Below, piece after piece: positions 9,820 through 20,945 of a stretch of DNA of 64,000 nucleotides. The notes below the pieces were generated by a model. It saw only the letters and a list, made by a program, of their open reading frames with translations, had not been told where the DNA came from and made no database searches. Source of the DNA: Coleofasciculus sp. B1-GNL1-01 (lineage in GTDB: Bacteria; Cyanobacteriota; Cyanobacteriia; Cyanobacteriales; Coleofasciculaceae). Numbering within the stretch: the first letter of the stretch is position 1; each line of letters begins with the position of its first letter. The stretch lies in NCBI GenBank assembly GCA_040220235.1, contig JAVJTO010000123.1; one strand, written 5' to 3'. Made by a program: the position numbers and the translations under genes.

Positions 9820-12800
9820 TTAAGGTACAGCAACAAAATCATAGCCGTAACCGGAACGAGAACCTGGCTCAATCGTGACAAGTTGACTCAAAGGATTGGT
9901 TAACTGATTTTTGCGATCGCCTGATGGTAAGAATTGTACCTTACCCGTTGCCCCATCAACACTAAAACTTTCTGAACGTAGGGTTTCAGCCACCCCTTGG
10001 CGAGTCGGATTCTGCTTCAGTGCCGCAATCAGGGCTTGGGTGGCATCATAAGATAAGGCGGTGCGCCAGCTTACATCTGCCCACCAAAGCTTTCTTGATG
10101 TTTCTGCAAAATTGGACTGAGAATTGCTAATATGCCAGGGAACGGCAATCATCATATCTTTGACATTTTCTTCGTCCTGAGCAACCTCCAAGAGTTTCGT
10201 ACCATAGAACGCATCTCCCCCTAAAATAATTTGGTTCCCCCGCTTTTGTTTAATGATCTCAATCGCGTCGTCGATTTCCTCCCTGTCGAGCAACAATACC
10301 AGCACCTTAGCGCCTTGCTGCGTGGATTCTTGAACCGTTTGTTGGGCATCAAAATTAAGATCAGACAAGTCAAAGTCTTGCAAAACTTGCCCTCCTGCTG
10401 AACGCACAGCATCACCAAATGCTGACTTCAGGGATTGGCTATACTGACTTTGAGAATTATAGAAGACAACCGCGTTTTTCTCCTGGAGTTTATTTAGCAT
10501 AGACTTAGCCAACGTTGTCGCCGTGGTATTATCGTCGGGTGCGGTGCGGAACCTATATTGATCGGAATACCAACGGGGTTTAAACCATTGCGTCGAGGTA
10601 CTAACTGGAGAAATGGCGGCTAATTTTTGGGCTTGATAAACCTTTCCCGCCGCTAGAGTAACATCACTGGCAAAATGTCCGACAACCCCAAGCACGTCCG
10701 GATTTTTGCTCAATTCTTGGGCGATTTGTTTCCCGACTTTGGGATCGTTATTATCATTAGCAATTAATACCCGCAAGAATACACCATTAATCCCCCCTTC
10801 TCGGTTAATTTCATCTTGAGCTTGAGCCACACCGCGCAAGACTTCCAATCCATGATTTACAGTATTCCCTAGGGGAACCGATACGGCAATAGTGTAAGAT
10901 TTTTGAGTGCCAATGCGAGCATTATTCAAGTAAATTAAAGCTTCGGGATCATTGCGGTTTTCCCGTAGGGATGTGGTGAGTTCATCAATCGCGGTGGGAA
11001 AAGCACCAGCGGCGATTCCTTGCACTCCGGCTTGCTTGTCCCGATTGGTGAGGCTGGGAACTAAGAGTTTATCACCCCCCCGACTTAGGATTCTCTGGGT
11101 GGATACAGCAATTCCACCACAAAGTTGGCGATTAGGGTTATTCTGAAAATAATCTCCGATTGTATTGCAGATTCCTGCCTTGAGAGCGTCTACATTACCT
11201 ATTTGCCGCAGTTCAATCGAGCCATTGTTTCGACCAATTGCTAGGAATTTGCCATCCTGACTAAAGGCAACATTTGCAACACCTTGAGCCTGATGGGTGG
11301 AAATTAGGGACAGTTTCGCTTCAGATTTATCCGATGTATCCCATAGATTGAGTGTGCCATTCTGACCAATGGTAGCGATGATGTTACTATTGGGACTAAA
11401 GACTAAACGGGTAATACTGGTTTGCTGTGTGGGAATTTGGTCAAGTAAGTTCCCCTTTGTGTCCCACAGTTTTAGCAACCCTTGATTTCCAGCCGTTGCT
11501 ATTTTCTTATTGTTGGGACTAAACGCTACACTTTGAATGGGTTGCTGGGTTTGGAATTGATCCACTGACTGATTGGATAGTTTACCCCATGAGACAGTCC
11601 ACAGGTTCAGGATATTACCTTGTGCGGTTGCCAGTTGTTTCCCGTCTGGACTAAACGCTAAACCATTGATTTGTGTTCGACTTAGTTGGCTATTGGAGAT
11701 ATCTATAGGATTGAGAGTGTCATTCTGAATTTGCCACAGCTTGAGTTTACCATTACTGCCAATTGTGGCTAATTTCCGCTTATTGGGACTAGCAGCGAGA
11801 CTCTGGATTTGTTGTTGCTGAGTGGCAAAGGACTTAATTTGGTTAGTGGAGATAGTCCAGAATTTTATCGTATCATCGTTGCCCACAATAATCAACGTCT
11901 CACCATCCGGACTAAAGGTTACATTCTTCACCCCTCCCTGTTGCTGTTGGACGATTTCAGTAGCCGGATTTAAGCTTACTGTACCATCCTCTCGGACATT
12001 CCAGAGATTGAGTTGATTGTTTTTACTAATCGTGGCGAGGAGTTCCTGACTCGGACTAAACTCCATACGTTGAATCGTCCCCTGTGTAGTCGAGAATTGA
12101 GCCGGACGGTTACTAGATATGTCCCATACCTTGACCGTACCATCTCCTCCCCCGGTCACCAATTGCCTGCTGTCTAAGGGACTAAAGGCTACACTATAAA
12201 GTTGTCCTTGTCCGGTGTCAAATTGTTCGACAATGGCGTTCTGGGTGATATCCCATATCCGGACTAACCCCGTCTCATCTTCCGCTGCACTTGCACTTGC
12301 GATCGCGAGTCGTTTTTCGTCTGGACTAAATGCTACGCTGGTGAATGTCTCATTGTCTGTTTTTGGAATGGGAAGTTGCTGAAATTGATCACTTTCTTCA
12401 TCCCAAAGATTGATAGTGTCACCGTCTTTTCCCACGGTGACGAGATGTTCCCCATCGGGACTACTGGCTAAACCTTTAATCAGTCCTAAATCCTTGGGAA
12501 AAGATTCGGTACAATGTTTACCCGATGCTGTTTTTTTGAAGTCTCCCTCGTGAAGGGGGAAAAAGCGCGTCGTGCCATCTTCAAAAATAGTCATCATTCC
12601 AGCATATTCGTCGTCTTCAAGTTTATTATATCGCCAGTTGTCTTCATCCGGTTCAGTCCCATCATTGGTATCGATGAAGGCGAACACAATCTGAGTGATA
12701 GGATTGGGTAATGATTCGGTGTTCTCATCCGTATTGTTGTTTTCCTCATCACAGACTGGCATATCTGGCAGTGAAATTGTATCAATTTCCTCACCTGATG

Positions 12801-15800
12801 TATCTCGGATACTGATCTCACTATTCTCTCCACTGGTTAGCCAGAGATTCCCTTCTGGACTAAAGGCGATACTTTTAATATCTCCTGCATCTGTTTTAAA
12901 TCGGGCAGTTTGTTGACCCAAATTATTCCAAAATTTTACAGTATCGTCTCCTGCAATAGTTGCCATTGTCTTGCCATCAGGACTAAAAACTGCACTCGTA
13001 GCGGTTATCCTTTGATTACTGGCTTCAATTGGTGGTATTTCTACAATAGGCTTGTCAAAAATCCGTTTGATGAATGACTGCCAAGTTCTATCGTGTAGCC
13101 TTATCGTACTATCTTCACCAATGGTGGCTAACCAGTTTTTATCTTCACTGAAGGCGATATCGTAGACAAGGGTTTGTTCTGTTTGAATTTCCTGCGGCGT
13201 TGGGTTGGCGAGGGTAGCTGTTCTACCATTCGTTTGAATTGTCCATAGTTTAATTGTGCCGCCATCACCACTGGTTGCCAATTTCCCGTCAGGGGTGAAG
13301 GCTAAGCTATAGACATTTCTTTTATCAGTGGGAAATTCTCCCAGTTTGTTGCCTGAGATGTCCCATAATCTGACAGTATTGTTTTGTCCAACAGTGGCGA
13401 TAATATTCTTATTAGGACTGAATGCTATGTCTTTAATAGGTACTGTGAGTTGGTTGTTTTGAGTAGGTACTGTGAGTTGATTTTTTTGACGAGTTGCTGT
13501 CTGTTGGTTGTTTGGAAGTTGACCTTCTTGACCCAGTGGTGTGTTGGCGATATTTCTTGGGATACACTTACCCTGTTTAATATCCCATAGATTAACGGTG
13601 GTGGTTGGATTGTTCTGAGCGTCTTTTCTCTCTATAAGGGTTGCCAATAGCTTATTGTCATGACTAAAGGCTACACCAGAGATATTCCCTAGGTTAGCAC
13701 CAGAAGGATTGGCTGGGTTAGTTCCAGAAGTATTGGTTGGATTAGCTTCAGAAGTATTGGTTGGGTTAGTTCCAGAAGAATTGGCTTGGTTCGCAATTGA
13801 ACAGATTGTATTGTTTGAATTGTAATCTACGATGCCATCTTTTTTCAGATTCCACAGCTTAACTGTACCATTTCCGCCCCCCGTTGCTAATCGTTTGCCA
13901 TCTTGACTGAATGCTACACTATAGAGCCGAGTTTGACCTGTTGAGAATTGGTCAACTTGATTGCCTGATTTATCCCAAAGTCGAATTGTGTCGCCATCAC
14001 CAATGGTTACCAATTGGTTAGTTTTCGGATTGAAAGATACCTGCTCAAACGTCGCGCGATCGCTCTCTATGCGGTTGCGTTCTTTTACCGTATAAAAAGC
14101 CTTGTACATTGTTTCTTGAACTTCGGCTAACGCGGTATCAGGTGAGGGAAGCCACAGCAGTGGGTGTTTAGAAATCTTGACTGCCCGTAAAATATCGAGA
14201 AAGGCGCGGATATCGCGATCGGATTTTAAATTGCCTTCTGCGGATTCTCTCCACGCCAGCATTTCTTCAATTTTCGCCTGTCTTTGTCCCCAAACTGCAA
14301 CAATGGTTAAAATGGATAATCCTGCGCCTATCAAAGCAAAAGAACACCAAACCCGATACGTATTTCTCCCTTTGTGGATGACACTTTCCCGTACAAACTC
14401 ATCTTCGGTTTTATTGAACCAATTGTCTTGGGAATCCAGGAATAAATCCAACTGAGCCAGTCGAGGATCATTGTGCCAAAGGTAATTTTTTGAGAGCCCA
14501 CTGGATTGCTGTTTAGCTAGACGAGCCTTTTTAACCTTGCGGATTGGATGCTGGGCTTGAGCAATGAGAAAAGCTTCAACTTTTTCCAAGCAATAAAAAA
14601 AGTATTTTATTCTAAATTTAGCTTTAGTTTTGCTATCTTTTTCTGGCTGATTGATTTCATGCCAATCATTCGCTACAGGAGTTAACTTGCGTTGTAAAAT
14701 TAAATTTTCTTCCTGTTCATTTTTCCACTTCTGCAATTGAGCCCAGTTTTGTACTAAAGCATCATGTGCTGGCTCAACATAGGATTTACCTTCAGAATTC
14801 GTTCCCTGAACCAATAAACGTACCTCACAAAATTTGTCAATCACATTTTCCGCACGTTGATGTTCTGCCTCATCTGGATACTCTAGTTCCGATAAAAGTA
14901 CCCGACGGCGAGCTTCATCACCCACAGCAACCATCCGTAGCATCACCTGACGCACTGTTTTTTCGTAGGCTTTATCTTTTTTAACCAGAGTTTTATACTC
15001 CTCATCGGCACGCTTGGTTACAGAACCAATGACTTTTCCTAATGCTTTATAATCCGCATCAGTTAAGGCTCGGTTTTCTCTTCTTTCTTTCACAGACTTC
15101 AGGTATAATTCACTGAGCGTGAAGGAAAGTAAGGGTAATCCTCCTGGCATCTGTACAACTTCGTTAATCAGATCATCAACCAGACTGGGAGGCTCAAAAT
15201 ATAATACTTTTTCCGATGCAGGTTTTTCAATGACTTCCCGCAATTCATCCTGAGTCATCGGTGGCACGACAAACCTGGCATTTTCCCAGAATTCTTTGAG
15301 GATACCCTCTTGAAACTGTGCTTCAAAGTCAAGCCGCAATGTAACCACGACATCGAAGCAATCTGGACATTGTTTAATCGCTTCTTTGAGGAGTTCCTGG
15401 AATTGCTGTTGTTCTGTGTGACTATCACCCGTTTTGTTTTCTGGGTTACTATCACTTTGACTAAGAGTTGCCAACTCTTCAAACTGGTCAATGACTAGCA
15501 ATAATTGGTCGTTTGGATACCTTTTATGCCAGTCTTTAATCCAAATTACTAGAGCTTGTGAGTCTTTGGCAAACTCTTCAGCTATTTGAGTTGCATTTTG
15601 ACTCGTTTTATCGGGAGTTGGCAAAACCTTTGCCAAAGCAGTTAGGGGACTGTCCCCCACGCGCATCTCTAAAATTTTATACTTATGATCCGCCACCAGA
15701 CGCGGTAATAATCCAGCTTTCATTAAGCTGGATTTCCCAGTGCCAGAAACCCCTAAGATGACGGTGAAGGCTTGCTCTTCAGAAGCAACGTGAGCGCAAA

Positions 15801-16824
15801 GTTTATCGATTAGTTTGCTTCTGCCGTAGAATAATTTACTATCTTTTTGGTCATAGGATTCCAATCCTCGGTAGGGATTATTTTCTAGATTAAGGGGTGG
15901 TGCATCCTCTAAATTATCTCGGTTAAATCCGGGCAAAAGGAAAAAGAATTCTCCTTTTTGATGTTTTTTCAGCGGACACAATCCTGGGGTTTGGCGCTGG
16001 TAATGTTCTTCTGTGGTTGTCTCAACTTTTTCCCGTAGGTAATAATGAATCTCAGTCGCCGTGAGGATGTGATCTTGATTGAGATCAAAATTCAGATTAG
16101 AATTTTCATCAGTGGTTCCCTGTAAAGCCTCAAACAGAGCTTGAGCAAAGGGAGAATGTTTGCCATCTGAGGTTTTACCGCGTCGCGCCAAGGAATCCAA
16201 GGCTTTTTGATCGTCTGCGGCTGAGGTGATGACTTGCCATGCGCGATCGCTAATGAAGCGATCAAAACGTTCTTTATAGATTTTGACTCTCGGCTCAAGA
16301 TCGCGACTGAGGCTTGCCCAGCGAAATGCTCCAGCAAAACAGCAGTCTAGAATGGTTAGCAAATGCCGACAGGGAAGTTCGAGTAAAGCATCGTGTAACT
16401 CCTGCATGGGTAAGTACGTGTTGTTTTGGTCTAAGATGGCATCTTGAGGAATCAGGTAGCCTGCTGGTCCATCCTGACTTTCTAGAGCATCTGAGGCAAT
16501 TCCATGTCCAGCGAAGTAGAAAAGGATGCGATCGTCTTCACTAACATCTACTTTCCCTTGAGGAAGCGTTATTTGTTTACGTTTAAAGTCCTCAAGAAGT
16601 TGTTTGAATTTGTCAAGGGTTGCATCTTCGTTTAACAAAAGCAAAACTTCATACTTTTGTTGCTTTTGATACTTTTCAGTAAGCCGCTCATGTTGTTCTT
16701 TGAGAATGCGGGCAAGTTCTTCAGCATCAGGAGCGGCAGTCTGTAGGGGTGGGATGCGATTGTGATAGGTATTGATTCCGATAACGATAGCAAAATTCCG
16801 CTGAAAATTTTTCGATTTCGGCAT
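9820..16824 (-). CDS. Caspase-like (peptidase C14) - STAND NTPase - TM - WD40 repeats - periplasmic-binding (LIV-type) domain protein
   Basis: YFAGHG/ILDCCFAG dyad; NPYRGL, GVSGTGKS, LVIDQFEE; hydrophobic helix VWCSFALIGAGLSILTIVAVWG; many AFSPDG..LWD repeats; C-terminal LRGVAQAQ/GVVGHFAS/YDATQAL. Likely start MPKSK at 16824. Confidence 0.9.
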   Translation of the reverse strand: MPKSKNFQRNFAIVIGINTYHNRIPPLQTAAPDAEELARILKEQHERLTEKYQKQQKYEVLLLLNEDATLDKFKQLLEDFKRKQITLPQGKVDVSEDDRILFYFAGHGIASDALESQDGPAGYLIPQDAILDQNNTYLPMQELHDALLELPCRHLLTILDCCFAGAFRWASLSRDLEPRVKIYKERFDRFISDRAWQVITSAADDQKALDSLARRGKTSDGKHSPFAQALFEALQGTTDENSNLNFDLNQDHILTATEIHYYLREKVETTTEEHYQRQTPGLCPLKKHQKGEFFFLLPGFNRDNLEDAPPLNLENNPYRGLESYDQKDSKLFYGRSKLIDKLCAHVASEEQAFTVILGVSGTGKSSLMKAGLLPRLVADHKYKILEMRVGDSPLTALAKVLPTPDKTSQNATQIAEEFAKDSQALVIWIKDWHKRYPNDQLLLVIDQFEELATLSQSDSNPENKTGDSHTEQQQFQELLKEAIKQCPDCFDVVVTLRLDFEAQFQEGILKEFWENARFVVPPMTQDELREVIEKPASEKVLYFEPPSLVDDLINEVVQMPGGLPLLSFTLSELYLKSVKERRENRALTDADYKALGKVIGSVTKRADEEYKTLVKKDKAYEKTVRQVMLRMVAVGDEARRRVLLSELEYPDEAEHQRAENVIDKFCEVRLLVQGTNSEGKSYVEPAHDALVQNWAQLQKWKNEQEENLILQRKLTPVANDWHEINQPEKDSKTKAKFRIKYFFYCLEKVEAFLIAQAQHPIRKVKKARLAKQQSSGLSKNYLWHNDPRLAQLDLFLDSQDNWFNKTEDEFVRESVIHKGRNTYRVWCSFALIGAGLSILTIVAVWGQRQAKIEEMLAWRESAEGNLKSDRDIRAFLDILRAVKISKHPLLWLPSPDTALAEVQETMYKAFYTVKERNRIESDRATFEQVSFNPKTNQLVTIGDGDTIRLWDKSGNQVDQFSTGQTRLYSVAFSQDGKRLATGGGNGTVKLWNLKKDGIVDYNSNNTICSIANQANSSGTNPTNTSEANPTNTSGTNPANPSGANLGNISGVAFSHDNKLLATLIERKDAQNNPTTTVNLWDIKQGKCIPRNIANTPLGQEGQLPNNQQTATRQKNQLTVPTQNNQLTVPIKDIAFSPNKNIIATVGQNNTVRLWDISGNKLGEFPTDKRNVYSLAFTPDGKLATSGDGGTIKLWTIQTNGRTATLANPTPQEIQTEQTLVYDIAFSEDKNWLATIGEDSTIRLHDRTWQSFIKRIFDKPIVEIPPIEASNQRITATSAVFSPDGKTMATIAGDDTVKFWNNLGQQTARFKTDAGDIKSIAFSPEGNLWLTSGENSEISIRDTSGEEIDTISLPDMPVCDEENNNTDENTESLPNPITQIVFAFIDTNDGTEPDEDNWRYNKLEDDEYAGMMTIFEDGTTRFFPLHEGDFKKTASGKHCTESFPKDLGLIKGLASSPDGEHLVTVGKDGDTINLWDEESDQFQQLPIPKTDNETFTSVAFSPDEKRLAIASASAAEDETGLVRIWDITQNAIVEQFDTGQGQLYSVAFSPLDSRQLVTGGGDGTVKVWDISSNRPAQFSTTQGTIQRMEFSPSQELLATISKNNQLNLWNVREDGTVSLNPATEIVQQQQGGVKNVTFSPDGETLIIVGNDDTIKFWTISTNQIKSFATQQQQIQSLAASPNKRKLATIGSNGKLKLWQIQNDTLNPIDISNSQLSRTQINGLAFSPDGKQLATAQGNILNLWTVSWGKLSNQSVDQFQTQQPIQSVAFSPNNKKIATAGNQGLLKLWDTKGNLLDQIPTQQTSITRLVFSPNSNIIATIGQNGTLNLWDTSDKSEAKLSLISTHQAQGVANVAFSQDGKFLAIGRNNGSIELRQIGNVDALKAGICNTIGDYFQNNPNRQLCGGIAVSTQRILSRGGDKLLVPSLTNRDKQAGVQGIAAGAFPTAIDELTTSLRENRNDPEALIYLNNARIGTQKSYTIAVSVPLGNTVNHGLEVLRGVAQAQDEINREGGINGVFLRVLIANDNNDPKVGKQIAQELSKNPDVLGVVGHFASDVTLAAGKVYQAQKLAAISPVSTSTQWFKPRWYSDQYRFRTAPDDNTTATTLAKSMLNKLQEKNAVVFYNSQSQYSQSLKSAFGDAVRSAGGQVLQDFDLSDLNFDAQQTVQESTQQGAKVLVLLLDREEIDDAIEIIKQKRGNQIILGGDAFYGTKLLEVAQDEENVKDMMIAVPWHISNSQSNFAETSRKLWWADVSWRTALSYDATQALIAALKQNPTRQGVAETLRSESFSVDGATGKVQFLPSGDRKNQLTNPLSQLVTIEPGSRSGYGYDFVAVP

Positions 16825-17053
16825 GGGTACAGCCCTCTGATAAGAATGCCAATAAATTAAGATTTGCCCACGGATATCACACCCGTTACGGATAAAATAA
16901 ACACCTGTGGGATCTGTGTAGGGGCGAGCCGCTTGCACTAATTAGAAACTCTATTTCACTCAATTTGCTCGGCTCGCCCTCTAACGTATCATTCTGAGCT
17001 TGGGAATGGTGCGTTACGCTTCGCTAACGCACCCTACATTTGGTTACATTTGG

Positions 17054-20000
17054 CTACCTTTGGGTTACCATTAAATTTGGCAAGATGTGAGATTTAGACT
17101 CTTGCGTCAAAGTTGTCAGTAAAGCCTTTAAGCCTTCTGGATGATTGAAATACGTCAAGTGATCACAAGCGACTTCTTGGATAAAGGGAGAAACACTCCA
17201 TCCATCTGGAAGAGACTTAATGCTATGCACCGTTACGGCTATATCATTCGGTTCACCCAAGAACGGTAAAGCAACGGCTTTATCAAATAGCTTTTTCATT
17301 AACCGTTTGAGCAGAGTCGCTTTTTCCCCGTCTTCCTGCAACGCTGCTGGACTAATCGATGTATTCCCGGCAATAATGGAATAGGGAATACCTGGATCGT
17401 TACTGGTAGCTAGAGCCTGAATAAATTGAGAGTTGGGCTGCATTTGATCGAGCGCTACCTCAACGGTGTTCATCATCGCCTCACTCAGACTACCCAGCGC
17501 TTTCACTGGCAATGGTGTTTGGGAAAGACTATTTATACCTACAGCCATAACCATTGTTGCCCATTCTTTCACCGTTGCCCAAGGAGAACCAGCATTTGGT
17601 GTCCCCAACATAATCAAATGTTGGACAACTTTATTGCCTCCCTCTTGTTCAATAAACCAACGGGACACTAATCCGCCCATAGAATGGGCAACAATGTGCA
17701 GAACTTTACCATGGTTGGCTCCTAAACCGACAGCTTCCAGTTGCTTTTTCAACAATCGAGCATTCTCTTCAATTGGCGTGTTTAGGTTCTCATAGTCAAA
17801 GGTTAGAACGAGATCGTAAAGCTCCCGAATAGAACGGTTGTTATCCTCTACTTTTAGGGTCTGTTGCAGGCTAGATACCAAACTTTTCGTATCGCCAATA
17901 ATCCCATGAATGTAGAGAACAATTCGCTCGGATTGGGCAACTCGCTTTTTAACCTCAGCGACATCGGTTTCATCCGTTACTTTCTGATCATCTCCGACTT
18001 CAGCTATGGCGAGGAGAGGATATTGAAATTCCAAACCTAGCTGCTCTCGCACCACTTTCTGAAAACAGATCCGAATCGCCCCTTTTAGATCGCGTTTTCC
18101 TTGACTCACGGGTTCTGGTAATCGCTCTAGCTCAATTTCTGTCTTGCCATTTTGAGTGGTTTTTCCTAAACCTAATGGCATAAAAAACTCACCGTCATAG
18201 CCAATTGGCAAAACATATTCATTGTCCTGTAATGGAGTGTCAACAACTAATTTCAGCGGGGCATCAGGGGTAACAACTGTATGGTTTTCTACATTATCTA
18301 GTTCCAGGATACTCAACTCTGGAGCCGTGCCACGACTAACGGCAAATTTAAAGGATTGAGTCACATGGGGATCGTCTTGAAAGATAGGTGGCACAATCTT
18401 ATTTCCCACATCCCGACTTACCTGAGGTGCGGTGGTTAAACGCACATTAGCTTGTAAGCTAGGATGCGGCTGCAATTGGACACCTGTCTTTAATTCTTGC
18501 GGTTTTTTACTAAAAACTTTAATCGCATCCAGGGGACGAACTGTGGTGATAACAACTTCCTCTGTGTACCAATTGTCAAACCTTCCTTTGCTTCTGGGTT
18601 CCAGATCACGACTTTGAACCCGATTCATCAAACGATCAAGAGTACTTTGATTCGGAGATGATACATCTCTTTTTGTCAGTCGAGGAGTGTCAAGCGCCTC
18701 CTGAGTCATTAACCGGGCGTCAAACTCAGTGGTGCTGACAATTAATTTCATGATATCTTTGAATTCGGTAATCCCCTGCTCCCATAACTCGTCTGGCACT
18801 TTGGGCGCTATACCACCGTATTCTTCTAGAACCACAACTTCCTCCTCCGGCTGAAGCCGCACACTACCTGTGTCAGAAAACAGGGCTTGAACAGCGAAAA
18901 GGTCTGTAAGATCAACTAAGGTAAGGTAAAGTGTTTTCTTACTTGTATTAGTGAGTTTGAGGTTAAATGCAGGCTGTTCCCACTCACCGTAGCTGTCACT
19001 GTACTTGTATTCCAAACGAATTTCCTTGGATTGAGATAATTCCTCACCCTCCTCTGACAAGAACGTCATCTTTACATCATCCGGTTTTATTGAACTGGTA
19101 GGAGGACTGTGAAGTTTAACAATTGCATTCCATCGGGCAATATGTTCGAGGCGTTGAATTGCCTTTTCTGCATTCTCACTCGTATAGCCGTCAATTTGCT
19201 CTACTAGAGGGCGATCATCGGTGGGTCGAACAATTAAATATTGTTCATTACAGCACAGCAGGCGAAACTCTGCCTCAGCGAGTTCCTGTTCTTCACGCAC
19301 ATAGGCTGAGGGCTTGCCAAAACTTGCTGACTGCAAAGCTTGACGTGCTAAATTAACTCCCGCTTCTTCTCCCTGAAAATAAACGCCTAAAGGTGGTAGT
19401 GGTACGCTGGTAACAACGGCTTTAAACGTTCGCTCTTTGGTCAAGTTTTCAATACCGCTGATTTTCACCTTACTCAGCGATGGCAACACCTGAGTTACTT
19501 TAGCTTCACCAACAGATTGTGACGGATCATGCAAGTCTTGACAATCAAGTGGAAACAGGGTTAGGAGAGTTGTTTCCCCTTTAGCAGAACCTTTAACACC
19601 GTGGACAGCCCCCCCATCAATCACCCAACCATGGTCTTTGGTATACTGAACTGTGAAGTAGGGTTTACGTTCTGCGATCGCACCATCTAGGAAAAATCGG
19701 GTTTCATCCTCTGGATGGGTTACTTCAAACTGAGGGGATTGAGCTGAAACCTTGCTGCGGACTAAGGCATTGGCTTGCTTAAATAAGTCCCGATACGTCA
19801 ACTTGCCATTGTTTCGCAAGGTTTCCATCAAGAGATAGGAAAAGGCTCCCTGCTGTTTGCCATCTACGGCGTCACTTGCTGTTTCGCAGTCCTGACAAGC
19901 GGCTAGGAGAATGTGGCGTCCTTTGGGTATCTTCCAACCACTCAGGTGATCTTTGGCGTCACCACGATTCACTGATAAACTTTCTAACTCTTTTGGTGAA

Positions 20001-20539
20001 AAGATGTAGCTATCCCGTGGGCGTTCGCGCTCATCTTTGCAGAAGCGACGCACCCCCGTTTCTTGCAACAAGTCTCTTGTTCCATTACCGGAATGACAGC
20101 AATCCAAGATAATACAAATGTGGGGATTTTTCTCGGCAACTTTAGCAATCAAGTATGCCAATTCTTTATCCGCTAAACCCCAGCAACCTTCAGCACGACT
20201 GTCATAACAAACTAACGTTTCTTCCAGTCGGTCTGGCTCTAAATGCCAAAACTCTTTGGGCGTTTTTGCTTGAGAACCATGACCACTGTAGTAGAACAGA
20301 ACAATATCTTCGCTTCCTGCTTGACACAAATGCTGTCGAAAGCCATCAATAATTGCTTTACGGGTAGCCTCTTGGTTTAAGAGCTTGCGTATATGAGGCT
20401 TGTATCCGTCTGGTTGAGCAATCCGCTCTTTCAAGTACTCTTCTACGGCATTAATGTCATTCACACAGCCAGATAAGCTAGAGATGGGTTTAGGGTATTC
20501 GTTAATTCCCACTAGCAGCGCATAAAGATGGCGACTCAT
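17054..20539 (-). CDS. Caspase-like (peptidase C14) protein fused to a C-terminal PGAP1/lipase-like alpha/beta hydrolase
   Basis: ALLVGINEY, YYSGHG, ILDCCHSG; C-terminal YIHGIIG, VAHSMGGL, LGTPNAGS, NDIAV, CDHLTYF; RBS AAGGAG. Confidence 0.88.
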   Translation of the reverse strand: MSRHLYALLVGINEYPKPISSLSGCVNDINAVEEYLKERIAQPDGYKPHIRKLLNQEATRKAIIDGFRQHLCQAGSEDIVLFYYSGHGSQAKTPKEFWHLEPDRLEETLVCYDSRAEGCWGLADKELAYLIAKVAEKNPHICIILDCCHSGNGTRDLLQETGVRRFCKDERERPRDSYIFSPKELESLSVNRGDAKDHLSGWKIPKGRHILLAACQDCETASDAVDGKQQGAFSYLLMETLRNNGKLTYRDLFKQANALVRSKVSAQSPQFEVTHPEDETRFFLDGAIAERKPYFTVQYTKDHGWVIDGGAVHGVKGSAKGETTLLTLFPLDCQDLHDPSQSVGEAKVTQVLPSLSKVKISGIENLTKERTFKAVVTSVPLPPLGVYFQGEEAGVNLARQALQSASFGKPSAYVREEQELAEAEFRLLCCNEQYLIVRPTDDRPLVEQIDGYTSENAEKAIQRLEHIARWNAIVKLHSPPTSSIKPDDVKMTFLSEEGEELSQSKEIRLEYKYSDSYGEWEQPAFNLKLTNTSKKTLYLTLVDLTDLFAVQALFSDTGSVRLQPEEEVVVLEEYGGIAPKVPDELWEQGITEFKDIMKLIVSTTEFDARLMTQEALDTPRLTKRDVSSPNQSTLDRLMNRVQSRDLEPRSKGRFDNWYTEEVVITTVRPLDAIKVFSKKPQELKTGVQLQPHPSLQANVRLTTAPQVSRDVGNKIVPPIFQDDPHVTQSFKFAVSRGTAPELSILELDNVENHTVVTPDAPLKLVVDTPLQDNEYVLPIGYDGEFFMPLGLGKTTQNGKTEIELERLPEPVSQGKRDLKGAIRICFQKVVREQLGLEFQYPLLAIAEVGDDQKVTDETDVAEVKKRVAQSERIVLYIHGIIGDTKSLVSSLQQTLKVEDNNRSIRELYDLVLTFDYENLNTPIEENARLLKKQLEAVGLGANHGKVLHIVAHSMGGLVSRWFIEQEGGNKVVQHLIMLGTPNAGSPWATVKEWATMVMAVGINSLSQTPLPVKALGSLSEAMMNTVEVALDQMQPNSQFIQALATSNDPGIPYSIIAGNTSISPAALQEDGEKATLLKRLMKKLFDKAVALPFLGEPNDIAVTVHSIKSLPDGWSVSPFIQEVACDHLTYFNHPEGLKALLTTLTQESKSHILPNLMVTQR

Positions 20540-20945
20540 TTAAATTTCTCCTTATCAAAAATACAGAGTATTAGAAAAACACAAAAATTAGTGTTTTTGC
20601 TTAAACAAATGAATCAAGCTCGTATTTTTTTGTCTAGCTAATATTGCACCTCATTAGCCACTTAATTACTACAATAATTTAGAAAATCTCTAACATCATG
20701 CTGCTTTGTGTAAACAAAATTGCTTAATTCTGTATTTTGTGTTTCTTTTTAATACAGTTGTCTTTGCAGAAATCTGCAAGACAGAAGACAAAAAAATAGG
20801 GTGACGCGCCAGTCGTGGCATAGTACACCTGATTTGATGAATTAAGCTTATGTCCGAAAACTGTAGGGGTGCAAAGCGTTGCGCCCGATTTAAGGGTAAA
20901 GTCTATTCTGATTAACCCTACCTATCGTTGGCAGTTCTCGATATC

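Noticed and set aside
13430..13790. Short in-frame peptide repeats (SGTNPTN-like, QNNQLTVP) in the WD40 region
   Set aside because: Most simply low-complexity loop expansions; no evidence of a separate function.
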